A stretch of DNA of 64,000 bases. Source: a virus. Both the position numbers and the translations under genes were made by a program. The notes beneath the pieces are model-generated. The model made no database searches. It was given only the letters and a program-made list of their open reading frames with translations, and was not told the origin of the DNA. The stretch is taken from IMG/VR virus record IMGVR_UViG_3300008448_008004, positions 29,829 through 93,828 of that record; one strand, 5' to 3'. Below, piece after piece: positions 50,414 to 58,958 of the stretch (within the stretch, counting starts at the first letter, position 1; every line of letters begins with the position of its first letter).

Positions 50414-52012
50414 ATGGGTCAATTAAGTGGTAATAGTTGTAATATAATAACTCTCTTCCCTTTGGGTGTTGAGTGTAATGTTATTAATAGTTCCACACCT
50501 CAAACAACTAATGGTTTAATTTCTCTTTATATAACAGGAGGGACTGCACCTTATAATGTGATATGGAATGGAGGTCAACAAGGTAGTTTATTAACAAATC
50601 TTGGACCTGGTGAGTATACCGCAACGGTAGTTGATTACTATGGTGACTTTACAGGAACAACAACTTGTACTGTCGATTATGATAGTTTCTATTTGGAGAA
50701 ATTTGAAGATTGTTCTAATTCAGGTAGTTTTGTTTATTATTTGGCAGACTTATATAATCCGTTTAGTGCATCTTCAGTATACAGATTGACAACTCAAACA
50801 GGATGTTGGACAAGTAGTGGAACTACATTACATACAGGTCAAACTTATTATGACTTTTTTGCCGTTTCATCTGCTGGACCATATACGGGTTGCAGCCAAT
50901 GTTTACCTCCGGTTACACCGCCACCTGTAATACCGAGTGGATTATGTTTAACACAAACTGTAAACTCAGTACCGACTTTAATTAATTTCTATTCTGCGGG
51001 AACAATGAATGGTATGATGTCGTGGACAAGTGTAACACCAAGTTACAAAATATACTATAGTTCAGGAACAACAAAATGGTTATTAAGTGGATGGACGAAC
51101 GGTTCCGTTTTCAAACAATCACCAACATCACCACCAACAGGAAATTGGACAGTAACAGGTCCTAGTGCATTTACAACATCAATAACGGTGTTGTCGGGTA
51201 ATTGTTCTTCCGCACTATTGAAAGTTAAAGTAAATTCAACAAATCCAATATGTGCAAATCAAACAAATGGGTCTATGGTTTTAACTGGTAGTGGAGGTGT
51301 CCCTTCATATACTTACTCGTTAAATGGGGTAAATTACCAAGCATCAAACATATTTTCAAGTCTAGGTGTAGGGACATACACTGTTTATATCAAAGATTCT
51401 GTAGGTAATGTTTACTCAACAACTACCACACTGACACCTCAACAAAGTGTACAAAATTATGTGGTAAGTTTGAATTTAAATGAACAAACACCACAGTCTT
51501 ATGGTAATGCAACAAGTAAGACAACAAATTGGTCTATAGGGGTTTCACCGGCACTTCCAACAGGAGTTACAGTCAATATGACACTAACATTCAATATAAA
51601 CTATACTGCAAGTACTAATACCGCTTCTGTGGTTCCTACAATAACAAATTCAATAACGGCTATAACATCACCAAATACAGTTATAACACCAATTAGTTCA
51701 AGTTCAGTGACAGGAACAAGTAGTGCAAGACCAAGTTGTTCAGGTGGATTTATTAACACAAGTGCATCATCTCAAACTTATACTGTTCAATTAACAAATA
51801 ACGGAGTTGCGTCAGGAACAATAGTTCAATATGTGAATACACCATGTGTTGCCACTGGTTGTCCATTAAATGGATTTATAGTTGATAGTGTTTCAATACA
51901 GAATATTTCTATTACACCATCTTTATGTAGAAGTATTAATAAAAACATTACACCACAAAAAACACAACTTAATAAAACAGGAACAATTTGTCCAGCATCA
52001 CCATCATTATGA
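50414..52012 (+). CDS. SprB-repeat, Cys-rich virion protein
   Basis: NG.I....TGGTAPY...W....LTNL.PGEY...V.D and PIC....NG......SGG.PSYTYSLNG..YQ.SN.F..L..GTYTV..KD. Confidence 0.7.
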   Translation: MGQLSGNSCNIITLFPLGVECNVINSSTPQTTNGLISLYITGGTAPYNVIWNGGQQGSLLTNLGPGEYTATVVDYYGDFTGTTTCTVDYDSFYLEKFEDCSNSGSFVYYLADLYNPFSASSVYRLTTQTGCWTSSGTTLHTGQTYYDFFAVSSAGPYTGCSQCLPPVTPPPVIPSGLCLTQTVNSVPTLINFYSAGTMNGMMSWTSVTPSYKIYYSSGTTKWLLSGWTNGSVFKQSPTSPPTGNWTVTGPSAFTTSITVLSGNCSSALLKVKVNSTNPICANQTNGSMVLTGSGGVPSYTYSLNGVNYQASNIFSSLGVGTYTVYIKDSVGNVYSTTTTLTPQQSVQNYVVSLNLNEQTPQSYGNATSKTTNWSIGVSPALPTGVTVNMTLTFNINYTASTNTASVVPTITNSITAITSPNTVITPISSSSVTGTSSARPSCSGGFINTSASSQTYTVQLTNNGVASGTIVQYVNTPCVATGCPLNGFIVDSVSIQNISITPSLCRSINKNITPQKTQLNKTGTICPASPSL

Positions 52013-52030
52013 TAAAAAAATAAAAAACGA

Positions 52031-52038
52031 TATTTATA
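52031..52038 (+). promoter_or_regulatory. TATTTATA putative late-promoter motif
   Basis: 4 nt before ATG 52043. Confidence 0.6.
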
Positions 52039-52042
52039 AAAT

Positions 52043-54250
52043 ATGTCATACATAATTAAAGATACCGCAGCGTTAATTAACACACTTGTTACCGATGCAG
52101 GAAGAAAAAAGATATCACAAGGTAAATTTGATATATCATACTTCCAAGTTGGTGATAGTGAAGCTTGTTATAATTGTATAAACAATTTAGACCCGGTTAA
52201 TTTAAATGTGTTAATGCCACAATATAACACACAAAATTTAGCGCCAGTCCCACAAAAAAATAGAATGGAAATTAAATATCCAATCTATTTGGACTCAACA
52301 TCGGGTAGTACATATGGAGTCCCATTTGATGCTTCATATATTGATAGTGTTTATAATAGTGCGGCACCAAGAGGATTTTTTAATCCAAGTACAGGAACAC
52401 CTTACACTTATAGTGCTTACACAACTTCAGCATATACAATCAATCCTAACTTTATTGCACAAAATAGTGGTATTACTTCAGGAACGACTTTAACAATATC
52501 GGGGACATCATTAGCTCCTTCAGTATCAGGAACAGTAACACCTGGTATGTTTATGACATTATTTACAAATGGTCAGATTTCCCCCGTTCAAAATGCGGGA
52601 CCTCTATTCACTTATTTAGTAGTTGGTGTCACTGGTGATACTTCTACGGGAGGAACAGTTACAATACAAGTAGATAGACAATTACCTAACTTAGGAACAA
52701 TGGGACTTACAGGAACATCCCAAACTTTATTTTATCCAAGTGGTATGACTGTAATATATGATACAACAACACCTGAACCATATTGGGAAAATGATGTAAT
52801 TAATTTTGAAACAAACTGTGATGTTTCTGCAAGAAACGTAAATATTTGGAATATGAATATTCCGTGGACTGAATCGCCGGCAGGGGTATTCAGTAATACA
52901 AACCAAGATTATAATTTTTATAAATCAACAGGATATACCGGTTCAAAAGAATATTTTGGATATAACTCAAACACCGGTCAAGTAGACACCGACTCAACAT
53001 ATTATTATAATTCATTTGCTGATAAAATAATTCTTTCACCATCAGACCAAAAATCAATCGCGATTGTTCACTATACAAACCAAGCTATCGATAATTTTTA
53101 TGGAGAAAAATTTGCACAAGAAGAATACGACCCAAATAACCCTGGCGGGACAGGTCAAGCAAGAAATTTAAGAATTAGTATTCCTTGGTTAATGTGGCAT
53201 AAAAATTCAGGAGCAACTGTAGGTCAAGAATTTTATACAGACCCATCAGGATTTACAAGTCTTAATTTATTTGAACCACATTATATTGAATCTAAAAAAG
53301 ACCCTAATTTTAATGACCCCGGTTTAAGATATTATCACTTATGGGATACTAACCCTAATACTAATGGTTATCCTAATAGAGTAGGTAAAGTATTCCCTGA
53401 CTACAAAATGATTATATTTGATGATGATGAAATTGTTGCGGCACTTAATTACAAATCAAATAGGTCTTGGACATTACCAGCACCTAAATTAGGATTGGTA
53501 ACTCCAAATACATTTAGTGGGGTTTTAGGTGGAACAAGTGGTTTATTAACGGGAAGTTCTGAAACTTTATTTTTAACGTATATCTTTGAAAATACAGGAT
53601 TTACAAATTCTTTACATTGTAATTATTACACAACAATTACAGGAAATGACCAAAGTCTATTACCAGGTGCTTCAGACATTATTATAAGATTCGGTAATGA
53701 GTTTCCATTCTTAAGAAACACATATACATCACCAAGTGGATTTACTGCAAATCGTATAAAGTTAATTGCACAAAAAGTTTCAAGTGGGACCACAAGACCT
53801 ACAGCATCCGCTTGGAAAGAAATCGATGTAACATCACAAATTTCAGCAACAACGATTGGTGGTTACATGACACAATCAGGAATGACGGGAACAACATTAC
53901 AATTAACTAAAAATATGTATGATACAGCATCAACATATAGGTTAGATAATTATATCAATTTACCTGCACTTAATGATTCAGGATTAACTTTGAATTTTGG
54001 TGGAGAATACTTCTTTTTTGGTAATATTCAAACAGATATTCAAGCAACAATATACGTAATGAACTTTTTATGTAATTTAGGTCAAACACAATTCTTTGAT
54101 TCATCTAACCCGACTTGGACTGGGTCCAACCCATATGTAACCGAAGTTGGACTTTACAATGCAGATAAAGAACTTATGGTTATATCGAAGATACAATCAC
54201 CTGAAAAACGACAAGGTATTCAACAGTATCCGATTAAGTTAGATTTTTAA
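52043..54250 (+). CDS. Baseplate fibre-attachment (tail-collar-like) protein with a large insertion
   Basis: N-terminal TDAGRKKI......ISYF.VGD and C-terminal YVTEVGLYN..KEL..ISK...P resemble the two halves of the P2 gpH N-terminal/DUF3751-type domain. Confidence 0.55.
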   Translation: MSYIIKDTAALINTLVTDAGRKKISQGKFDISYFQVGDSEACYNCINNLDPVNLNVLMPQYNTQNLAPVPQKNRMEIKYPIYLDSTSGSTYGVPFDASYIDSVYNSAAPRGFFNPSTGTPYTYSAYTTSAYTINPNFIAQNSGITSGTTLTISGTSLAPSVSGTVTPGMFMTLFTNGQISPVQNAGPLFTYLVVGVTGDTSTGGTVTIQVDRQLPNLGTMGLTGTSQTLFYPSGMTVIYDTTTPEPYWENDVINFETNCDVSARNVNIWNMNIPWTESPAGVFSNTNQDYNFYKSTGYTGSKEYFGYNSNTGQVDTDSTYYYNSFADKIILSPSDQKSIAIVHYTNQAIDNFYGEKFAQEEYDPNNPGGTGQARNLRISIPWLMWHKNSGATVGQEFYTDPSGFTSLNLFEPHYIESKKDPNFNDPGLRYYHLWDTNPNTNGYPNRVGKVFPDYKMIIFDDDEIVAALNYKSNRSWTLPAPKLGLVTPNTFSGVLGGTSGLLTGSSETLFLTYIFENTGFTNSLHCNYYTTITGNDQSLLPGASDIIIRFGNEFPFLRNTYTSPSGFTANRIKLIAQKVSSGTTRPTASAWKEIDVTSQISATTIGGYMTQSGMTGTTLQLTKNMYDTASTYRLDNYINLPALNDSGLTLNFGGEYFFFGNIQTDIQATIYVMNFLCNLGQTQFFDSSNPTWTGSNPYVTEVGLYNADKELMVISKIQSPEKRQGIQQYPIKLDF

Positions 54251-54256
54251 TCTTTT

Positions 54257-54862
54257 ATGAGCGAAAAACATGATTTGAAGAACTCACCGAAAGTTCTTGG
54301 TTTAGACATTTCCACAAAAACCATTGGGTGGAGTTTATTTGACATTCAAACACAAGAGTTGTTAGAATTAACACATTTCTCACCGGTAATAAAACCAAAA
54401 CCTGAAGATAAAATTGAAGAGTTACTTATGAAGGTAATTGGTTTTGAAGAAAAATTACGAGGGTATCAAAATTTAGGGATTGCTAAAGTTGTAATTGAAG
54501 AACCATTATTAAATTCTAATAATGTTTGGACGGTTGGAACACTATTAAGATACAATTCAATGATTACAAAATCTATTTATGATATTTTAGGAATAGTTCC
54601 AAACTTTATATCGACATATAACTCAAGAAAATATGCTTGGCCAGATTTAATTCAAAAAAATGATAAGGATAAGTATGTTTTATTTGGTGGATTACCAAAA
54701 GACATTGATAAAAAAGAAATCATTTGGAAACACGTATCTAAAAAAGAGCCACAAATTACTTGGCACTATACTAAAAACAATACTTTGAAAAAAGAATGTT
54801 TTGATATGGCTGACTCATATACTTGTGTTCTTGGTTATATGAAAGAACAAAAAATTTGGTAA
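54257..54862 (+). CDS. ruvC: RuvC-like Holliday junction resolvase
   Basis: VLGLDIST..IG, VVIEE and DMADS acidic catalytic residues. Confidence 0.75.
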   Translation: MSEKHDLKNSPKVLGLDISTKTIGWSLFDIQTQELLELTHFSPVIKPKPEDKIEELLMKVIGFEEKLRGYQNLGIAKVVIEEPLLNSNNVWTVGTLLRYNSMITKSIYDILGIVPNFISTYNSRKYAWPDLIQKNDKDKYVLFGGLPKDIDKKEIIWKHVSKKEPQITWHYTKNNTLKKECFDMADSYTCVLGYMKEQKIW

Positions 54863-54887
54863 TCCCCCCTTTTTTAATTTTACAGTA

Positions 54888-54895
54888 TATTTATA
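54888..54895 (+). promoter_or_regulatory. TATTTATA putative late-promoter motif
   Basis: 15 nt before ATG 54911. Confidence 0.55.
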
Positions 54896-54910
54896 TATAA
54901 AATTATCAAT

Positions 54911-55603
54911 ATGAAAAATATCTTATTTGAAATGTCAAGTCAAGAAAAAAATAGAATTCTTGAAATGCATAAAAAGTCAACAAAAAATCATTATTTAGTA
55001 AATGAACAAATAGAACCTGAGACTTTAGATTTTGCTAAATCGGCAGGAGAGTTCATGAAAAAATTTCAAGGAAAAGAAATGAATTTTTATTTACCTGGAG
55101 ATAACTCATTACCAATAATTTCAAAATTTATGTGTAATAAGGTAACCTTCAATAGTGATGGTACTGAAATTTATTTGGATGGTAAATCAAAAGACATTGG
55201 AATTATAAAGTTAACATATGTTTGTGACGGAACTAATATTTTTAGTGTTGATATCCAAAGATTTGAAAATAACTTCTTAAACGCGACTTTAGGTGCATTT
55301 TGGAAAACTTATGATGTGGGTATTGACGACAAATGGAGAAAATTATTGAAAGGGTATGTTAACAAAAAAAATAGAACAACAAACTTAGTAGGGTCGGATT
55401 TAAATAAAAAAATGGGAGAAGATTTTAGAAATTTGGCAAAAAATTCACCAAGACCTTTAGTTGAGGGAGGAATGGACCAAAACGGAGTTGAAATGATTAA
55501 ATACATCCAAGATTTTCTTTGTAGTAATAATAAGTCAGGTAGAGCAGTCCCTAAAGCAAATTTTGCGTCAACAAATAATAGAGGTGACCAAAATATGGCA
55601 TAA
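54911..55603 (+). CDS. Hypothetical protein with an EKNRILEMH...VNEQ leader; stand-alone transcription unit
   Basis: Has its own late motif and terminator, between ruvC and primase. Confidence 0.65.
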   Translation: MKNILFEMSSQEKNRILEMHKKSTKNHYLVNEQIEPETLDFAKSAGEFMKKFQGKEMNFYLPGDNSLPIISKFMCNKVTFNSDGTEIYLDGKSKDIGIIKLTYVCDGTNIFSVDIQRFENNFLNATLGAFWKTYDVGIDDKWRKLLKGYVNKKNRTTNLVGSDLNKKMGEDFRNLAKNSPRPLVEGGMDQNGVEMIKYIQDFLCSNNKSGRAVPKANFASTNNRGDQNMA

Positions 55604-55623
55604 AATAATAAAACATTATTTTT

Positions 55624-55651
55624 AAACCCACCCCATAAAGGTGGGTTTTTT
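55624..55651 (+). terminator. Rho-independent terminator
   Basis: AAACCCACC-loop-GGTGGGTTT plus Ts. Confidence 0.85.
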
Positions 55652-55655
55652 GTTA

Positions 55656-55686
55656 ATTGACAATCCCCTTATATTTCTTATCTTTA
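55656..55686 (+). promoter_or_regulatory. Bacteroidota-like early/middle promoter before primase
   Basis: ATTG-N19-TATCTTTA; same spacing as the 17466 promoter with one mismatch per box. Confidence 0.55.
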
Positions 55687-55690
55687 AAGG

Positions 55691-56608
55691 GTGGAAGCGG
55701 AAGAATTAATCATAGACCTTATCGGAAACATTTTTGGAGAACCAAAGATGATAAATGAAATCAGAGGACAAATATCTGTCGATTGCCCCGTATGTTCATA
55801 CGAAATAAAAGGTAGAGATAAACCTGACGGAAAGGGTAATCTTGAAATCAATTACCAACAACATGTTTACAAGTGTTGGGCATGTGCTGAGACACACGGA
55901 ACTCACGGACATTTAGGAAAACTTATTGATAAGTTTGGAAATAAAAAAGACAAGAAGATTTATAAGTTAATCAGACCTGATGAGTTTGAAAAAAAAGAAA
56001 AGGTTTATAAAAAACTTGAACTACCAAAAGAATATAAAAAGTTTGATGAGGTTCACCCACTACATATACCAAGAAAGGAAGCGTTAAACTACCTTAAAAA
56101 AAGAGGTATTACTGATGATATTATTGAGAAATATCAAATCGGAATATGTTTGGAAGGTGAATATGCGGGTAGAATAATAGTCCCATCATTTGATAAAAAA
56201 GGTGAGTTAAACTTTTTTGTATCAAGGTCTTGGAACCCACGAAGTAAATTGAAATACAAAAACCCCGAAGCGTCAAAGGACTTTCTAATCTTCAACGAGA
56301 GTTTAATTGATTGGAAAAAAGACGTATACTTAGTTGAAGGTGTCTTTGATAGTTTCTTTTTGGATAACTCAATATGTCTATTGGGTAAGTTCTTAACTGA
56401 CAACTTATGGGAAAAATTGTATTCCAAAGCAAAAAAGAATATAATAGTTTGTTTGGATGGTGATGCTTACACCGATGCCAAAAACTTATATGATAAATTA
56501 AATGGTGGTGCCCTTTACAATAGAGTAAAGTTGGTGAAACTACCAAAAGATAAAGATGTATGTGACCTTAAAGGTGACATTGAAAAATATTACGTAGAAT
56601 TCAAATGA
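55691..56608 (+). CDS. dnaG: DNA primase (Zn finger plus TOPRIM), GTG start
   Basis: CPVC..CWAC, YL.KRGI, RII.P, KYKNP, LVEGVFD, LDGDA and KDV.D. Confidence 0.85.
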   Translation: MEAEELIIDLIGNIFGEPKMINEIRGQISVDCPVCSYEIKGRDKPDGKGNLEINYQQHVYKCWACAETHGTHGHLGKLIDKFGNKKDKKIYKLIRPDEFEKKEKVYKKLELPKEYKKFDEVHPLHIPRKEALNYLKKRGITDDIIEKYQIGICLEGEYAGRIIVPSFDKKGELNFFVSRSWNPRSKLKYKNPEASKDFLIFNESLIDWKKDVYLVEGVFDSFFLDNSICLLGKFLTDNLWEKLYSKAKKNIIVCLDGDAYTDAKNLYDKLNGGALYNRVKLVKLPKDKDVCDLKGDIEKYYVEFK

Positions 56609-57465
56609 TAGATTTAAGAGAAGTAGCAAAAGAAATAAGAGATATTATATCACAAAAACAAAATGAATTTCAATTAACTTTTGAAGAAGATAAACATAGA
56701 TATACTATGTTGGATGTTAATGGTGAAGTAAGAGACGACTTTCCATCTGTATCGAAAGTTATGAAGTTGTTTTATGATGAATTTCCATCAGAAGAAGTTG
56801 CAAGAAGAATGGCGAAGGGTGACCCTTATTTAACTCATACCTATTTAGAAGAGTGGAAACAGAGTGGTTTAATATCAACTAATATGGGAAGTAGAGTTCA
56901 CTATGAGTTGGAATTGGAAACAATAAACAAATTCAAAATCGATAAAGAAGTTCGACAACCACTTTTTGAATGTGACTTGGAACTTGTCATGAAAGGGGAT
57001 AGAATGATAAAAGGTGGTAAAAAGTTTTTATCACTTATGGAAGAAAGAGGTGCGGTATTACTCGACACCGAGATTGTTTTAGGTCATCCCGAACTTGGTT
57101 ATACAGGACAGCCCGATAAGGTTTGGATTATGTTTAATAAAAATAAGACAGGATTTGGGTTTGTGATTACAGACTGGAAAACAAACAAGGAAAAAAATAT
57201 GGAAGTTAATAATTTTACAAAACCCATGAAAAAACCTTTTGAAAACCTTCCTAACAACGCTCTTGGTCACTACAATACACAATTACCTTTTTATGGTAAA
57301 CTACTCTTAAAAATGTTGGAAGGGACAAAGTATGGGAACATACCATTACTTGGTGGTGTAATAGTCCACTTAACTGAAGATACTGAATTTAAAGAATATA
57401 GAATACCAAGAGATGTGGTGGATACTATTTTGAATATGGATATGTCAGAATATTTGACTAAATAA
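56605..57465 (+). CDS. PD-(D/E)XK exonuclease (Cas4/RecB-like)
   Basis: H.Y, SVS, G.RVH..LE, TE, GQPD, ITDWKT and Y..QL..Y. Confidence 0.75.
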   Translation: MIDLREVAKEIRDIISQKQNEFQLTFEEDKHRYTMLDVNGEVRDDFPSVSKVMKLFYDEFPSEEVARRMAKGDPYLTHTYLEEWKQSGLISTNMGSRVHYELELETINKFKIDKEVRQPLFECDLELVMKGDRMIKGGKKFLSLMEERGAVLLDTEIVLGHPELGYTGQPDKVWIMFNKNKTGFGFVITDWKTNKEKNMEVNNFTKPMKKPFENLPNNALGHYNTQLPFYGKLLLKMLEGTKYGNIPLLGGVIVHLTEDTEFKEYRIPRDVVDTILNMDMSEYLTK

Positions 57466-57484
57466 AACTAATAAATTATATTGT
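57453..57484 (+). promoter_or_regulatory. Possible Bacteroidota-like promoter
   Basis: TTTG-N20-TATATTGT; imperfect -7 box. Confidence 0.35.
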
Positions 57485-57487
57485 ATT

Positions 57488-57580
57488 ATGCAACTAACAA
57501 TTACACCCACATGGGTAACAACAACAAGTTGGGACCGATTATTACCTTTTAAAATAAACGTAAATTATATTATAAAATGA
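57488..57580 (+). CDS. 30-aa micro-ORF (MQLTITPTWVTTTSWDRLLPFKINVNYIIK)
   Basis: Not in the ORF track; fills the gap and ends in an ATGA overlap with 57577. Confidence 0.5.
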   Translation: MQLTITPTWVTTTSWDRLLPFKINVNYIIK

Positions 57581-57795
57581 GTGAAGATATTATTAAACCA
57601 AGAATCAATTTAAAAGACCAACCGACTATTGTTTGTGGTGATTGTGGAAGTATATACTTTAAAGAAGTTACTATGTTAAAAAAAGTATCAAAACTTTTAA
57701 CAGGGGCTTCTGAAGATACTATTGTCCCTTTTCCAACTTACATGTGTAATAAATGTGGATTCGTGAATGAGGAATTTCAACTTTTTGATGAATAA
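57577..57795 (+). CDS. Small zinc-ribbon protein
   Basis: CGDCG...CNKCG. Confidence 0.75.
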   Translation: MSEDIIKPRINLKDQPTIVCGDCGSIYFKEVTMLKKVSKLLTGASEDTIVPFPTYMCNKCGFVNEEFQLFDE

Positions 57796-57941
57796 TGGAA
57801 ATAGGAAAAATGACATTATCTGAAGCATACCCATATCTTAAAACTGTGGCACTAGCTTATGGATTAAAATTAAACAGAGCTAAAGATTTTAAATTCGCAA
57901 GAATTATATTAGCAAACCTTTATAGTAGAGAATTAGTATGA
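57795..57941 (+). CDS. 48-aa hypothetical protein (MEIGKMTLSEAYPYLKTVALAYGLKLNRAKDFKFARIILANLYSRELV)
   Basis: Not in the ORF track; TAATG overlap upstream and ATGA overlap downstream. Confidence 0.7.
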   Translation: MEIGKMTLSEAYPYLKTVALAYGLKLNRAKDFKFARIILANLYSRELV

Positions 57942-58186
57942 CACACAAAGAATTTTATATTTGGTTAGAAGGATTTATGACTAACAGACTTTGGGTTGAT
58001 ATCAAACAAATTGATATTGAAACCATCCAAGAAAAAATGAAAGAGGTTAAAGATGAACCAAAGATTGGTATTGCTGAACCATACCGAGTTCCAATGCCAA
58101 TTAACCCTTTCCCAATTCCTATGGATGACCCTTTTTATAAACCTTATGAAGTATATTGCGAAGACAAAACACAATTAAATGATTAA
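57938..58186 (+). CDS. Hypothetical protein (MT..EF..WL.GF type)
   Basis: Coupled ORF with a Pro-rich C-terminus. Confidence 0.65.
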   Translation: MTHKEFYIWLEGFMTNRLWVDIKQIDIETIQEKMKEVKDEPKIGIAEPYRVPMPINPFPIPMDDPFYKPYEVYCEDKTQLND

Positions 58187-58958
58187 GAAACTTATACACT
58201 TTTCAGATTTACATATTCGTCTTTTTAAAGACCATGATTTGTATAAATCAATATTAGACACGGCAATTGAACAATGGAGAGAATTAGAGCCTGACCGTAT
58301 TATATTTACGGGTGATTTAGTTCATTCTAAAAATCAAATGACACCTGAACTTATTGAGATGGTTAGTTGGATTTTGACCGAATGTTCATATATTGCAAAA
58401 ACAATCATTATCCCCGGTAATCACGACTTTTTGGTTAATAATACAGAAAGATTAGATGCCCTTACACCAATCATCAATTCACTTAATAGTAAAAATATTG
58501 TTTATTATAAAGACAGAGGTGTTTACGAAGATGAAAATATCAGTTGGTGCGTTTACTCACAATATCAAGGAAACATCCCACCAGATATTACCGAATCAAA
58601 AGGTAAACGTATTGGATTGTTTCACGGACCAATACAAGGTATGAAAACAGACCTTGGTTTTGACTTTGGTGAGGAGGCATATGATGTTGAAAAGTTTGAT
58701 GGTCTTGAAGCGGTATTATGTGGTGATATTCATAAACGTCAGGAGTTCAAATTCAAAACAGGTAAAGGGTTTATGATTGGAAGTCCAATACAACAAAACA
58801 TCGGTGAAAGTATTCAAAGACATGGATATGGAATCTATGATGTTGAAACGAAAGAATACTCTTACGTTGATTTATTCAATCCAAAACCTTTTTTGAAGTT
58901 CTCAATTAAATCTTTTGAAGATATTGAAAATGGAACAGAAAAACTCCAAAATGCTTAA
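58179..58958 (+). CDS. sbcD: Mre11/SbcD (T4 gp47-like) nuclease, short form
   Basis: SDLH, GDLVH, GNHD, FHG, GDIH and GS..Q....E metallophosphoesterase motifs. Confidence 0.85.
   Translation: MIKKLIHFSDLHIRLFKDHDLYKSILDTAIEQWRELEPDRIIFTGDLVHSKNQMTPELIEMVSWILTECSYIAKTIIIPGNHDFLVNNTERLDALTPIINSLNSKNIVYYKDRGVYEDENISWCVYSQYQGNIPPDITESKGKRIGLFHGPIQGMKTDLGFDFGEEAYDVEKFDGLEAVLCGDIHKRQEFKFKTGKGFMIGSPIQQNIGESIQRHGYGIYDVETKEYSYVDLFNPKPFLKFSIKSFEDIENGTEKLQNA

Noticed and set aside
1-54250. Bacterial extracellular contractile injection system (eCIS/BIS) instead of a phage
   Set aside because: The structural genes are interleaved with phage-type SSB, RecA, helicase, primase, RNR and gp46/47-like genes, and there are no host housekeeping genes
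44269-54250. Diversity-generating retroelement or invertible fibre cassette
   Set aside because: No reverse transcriptase, invertase, TR/VR pair or inverted repeats were seen in this window; elements elsewhere in the genome cannot be excluded
56605-57465. Cas4 as evidence of a CRISPR system
   Set aside because: There is no array, no other cas genes and no Fe-S Cys cluster; stand-alone PD-(D/E)XK nucleases are common in phages
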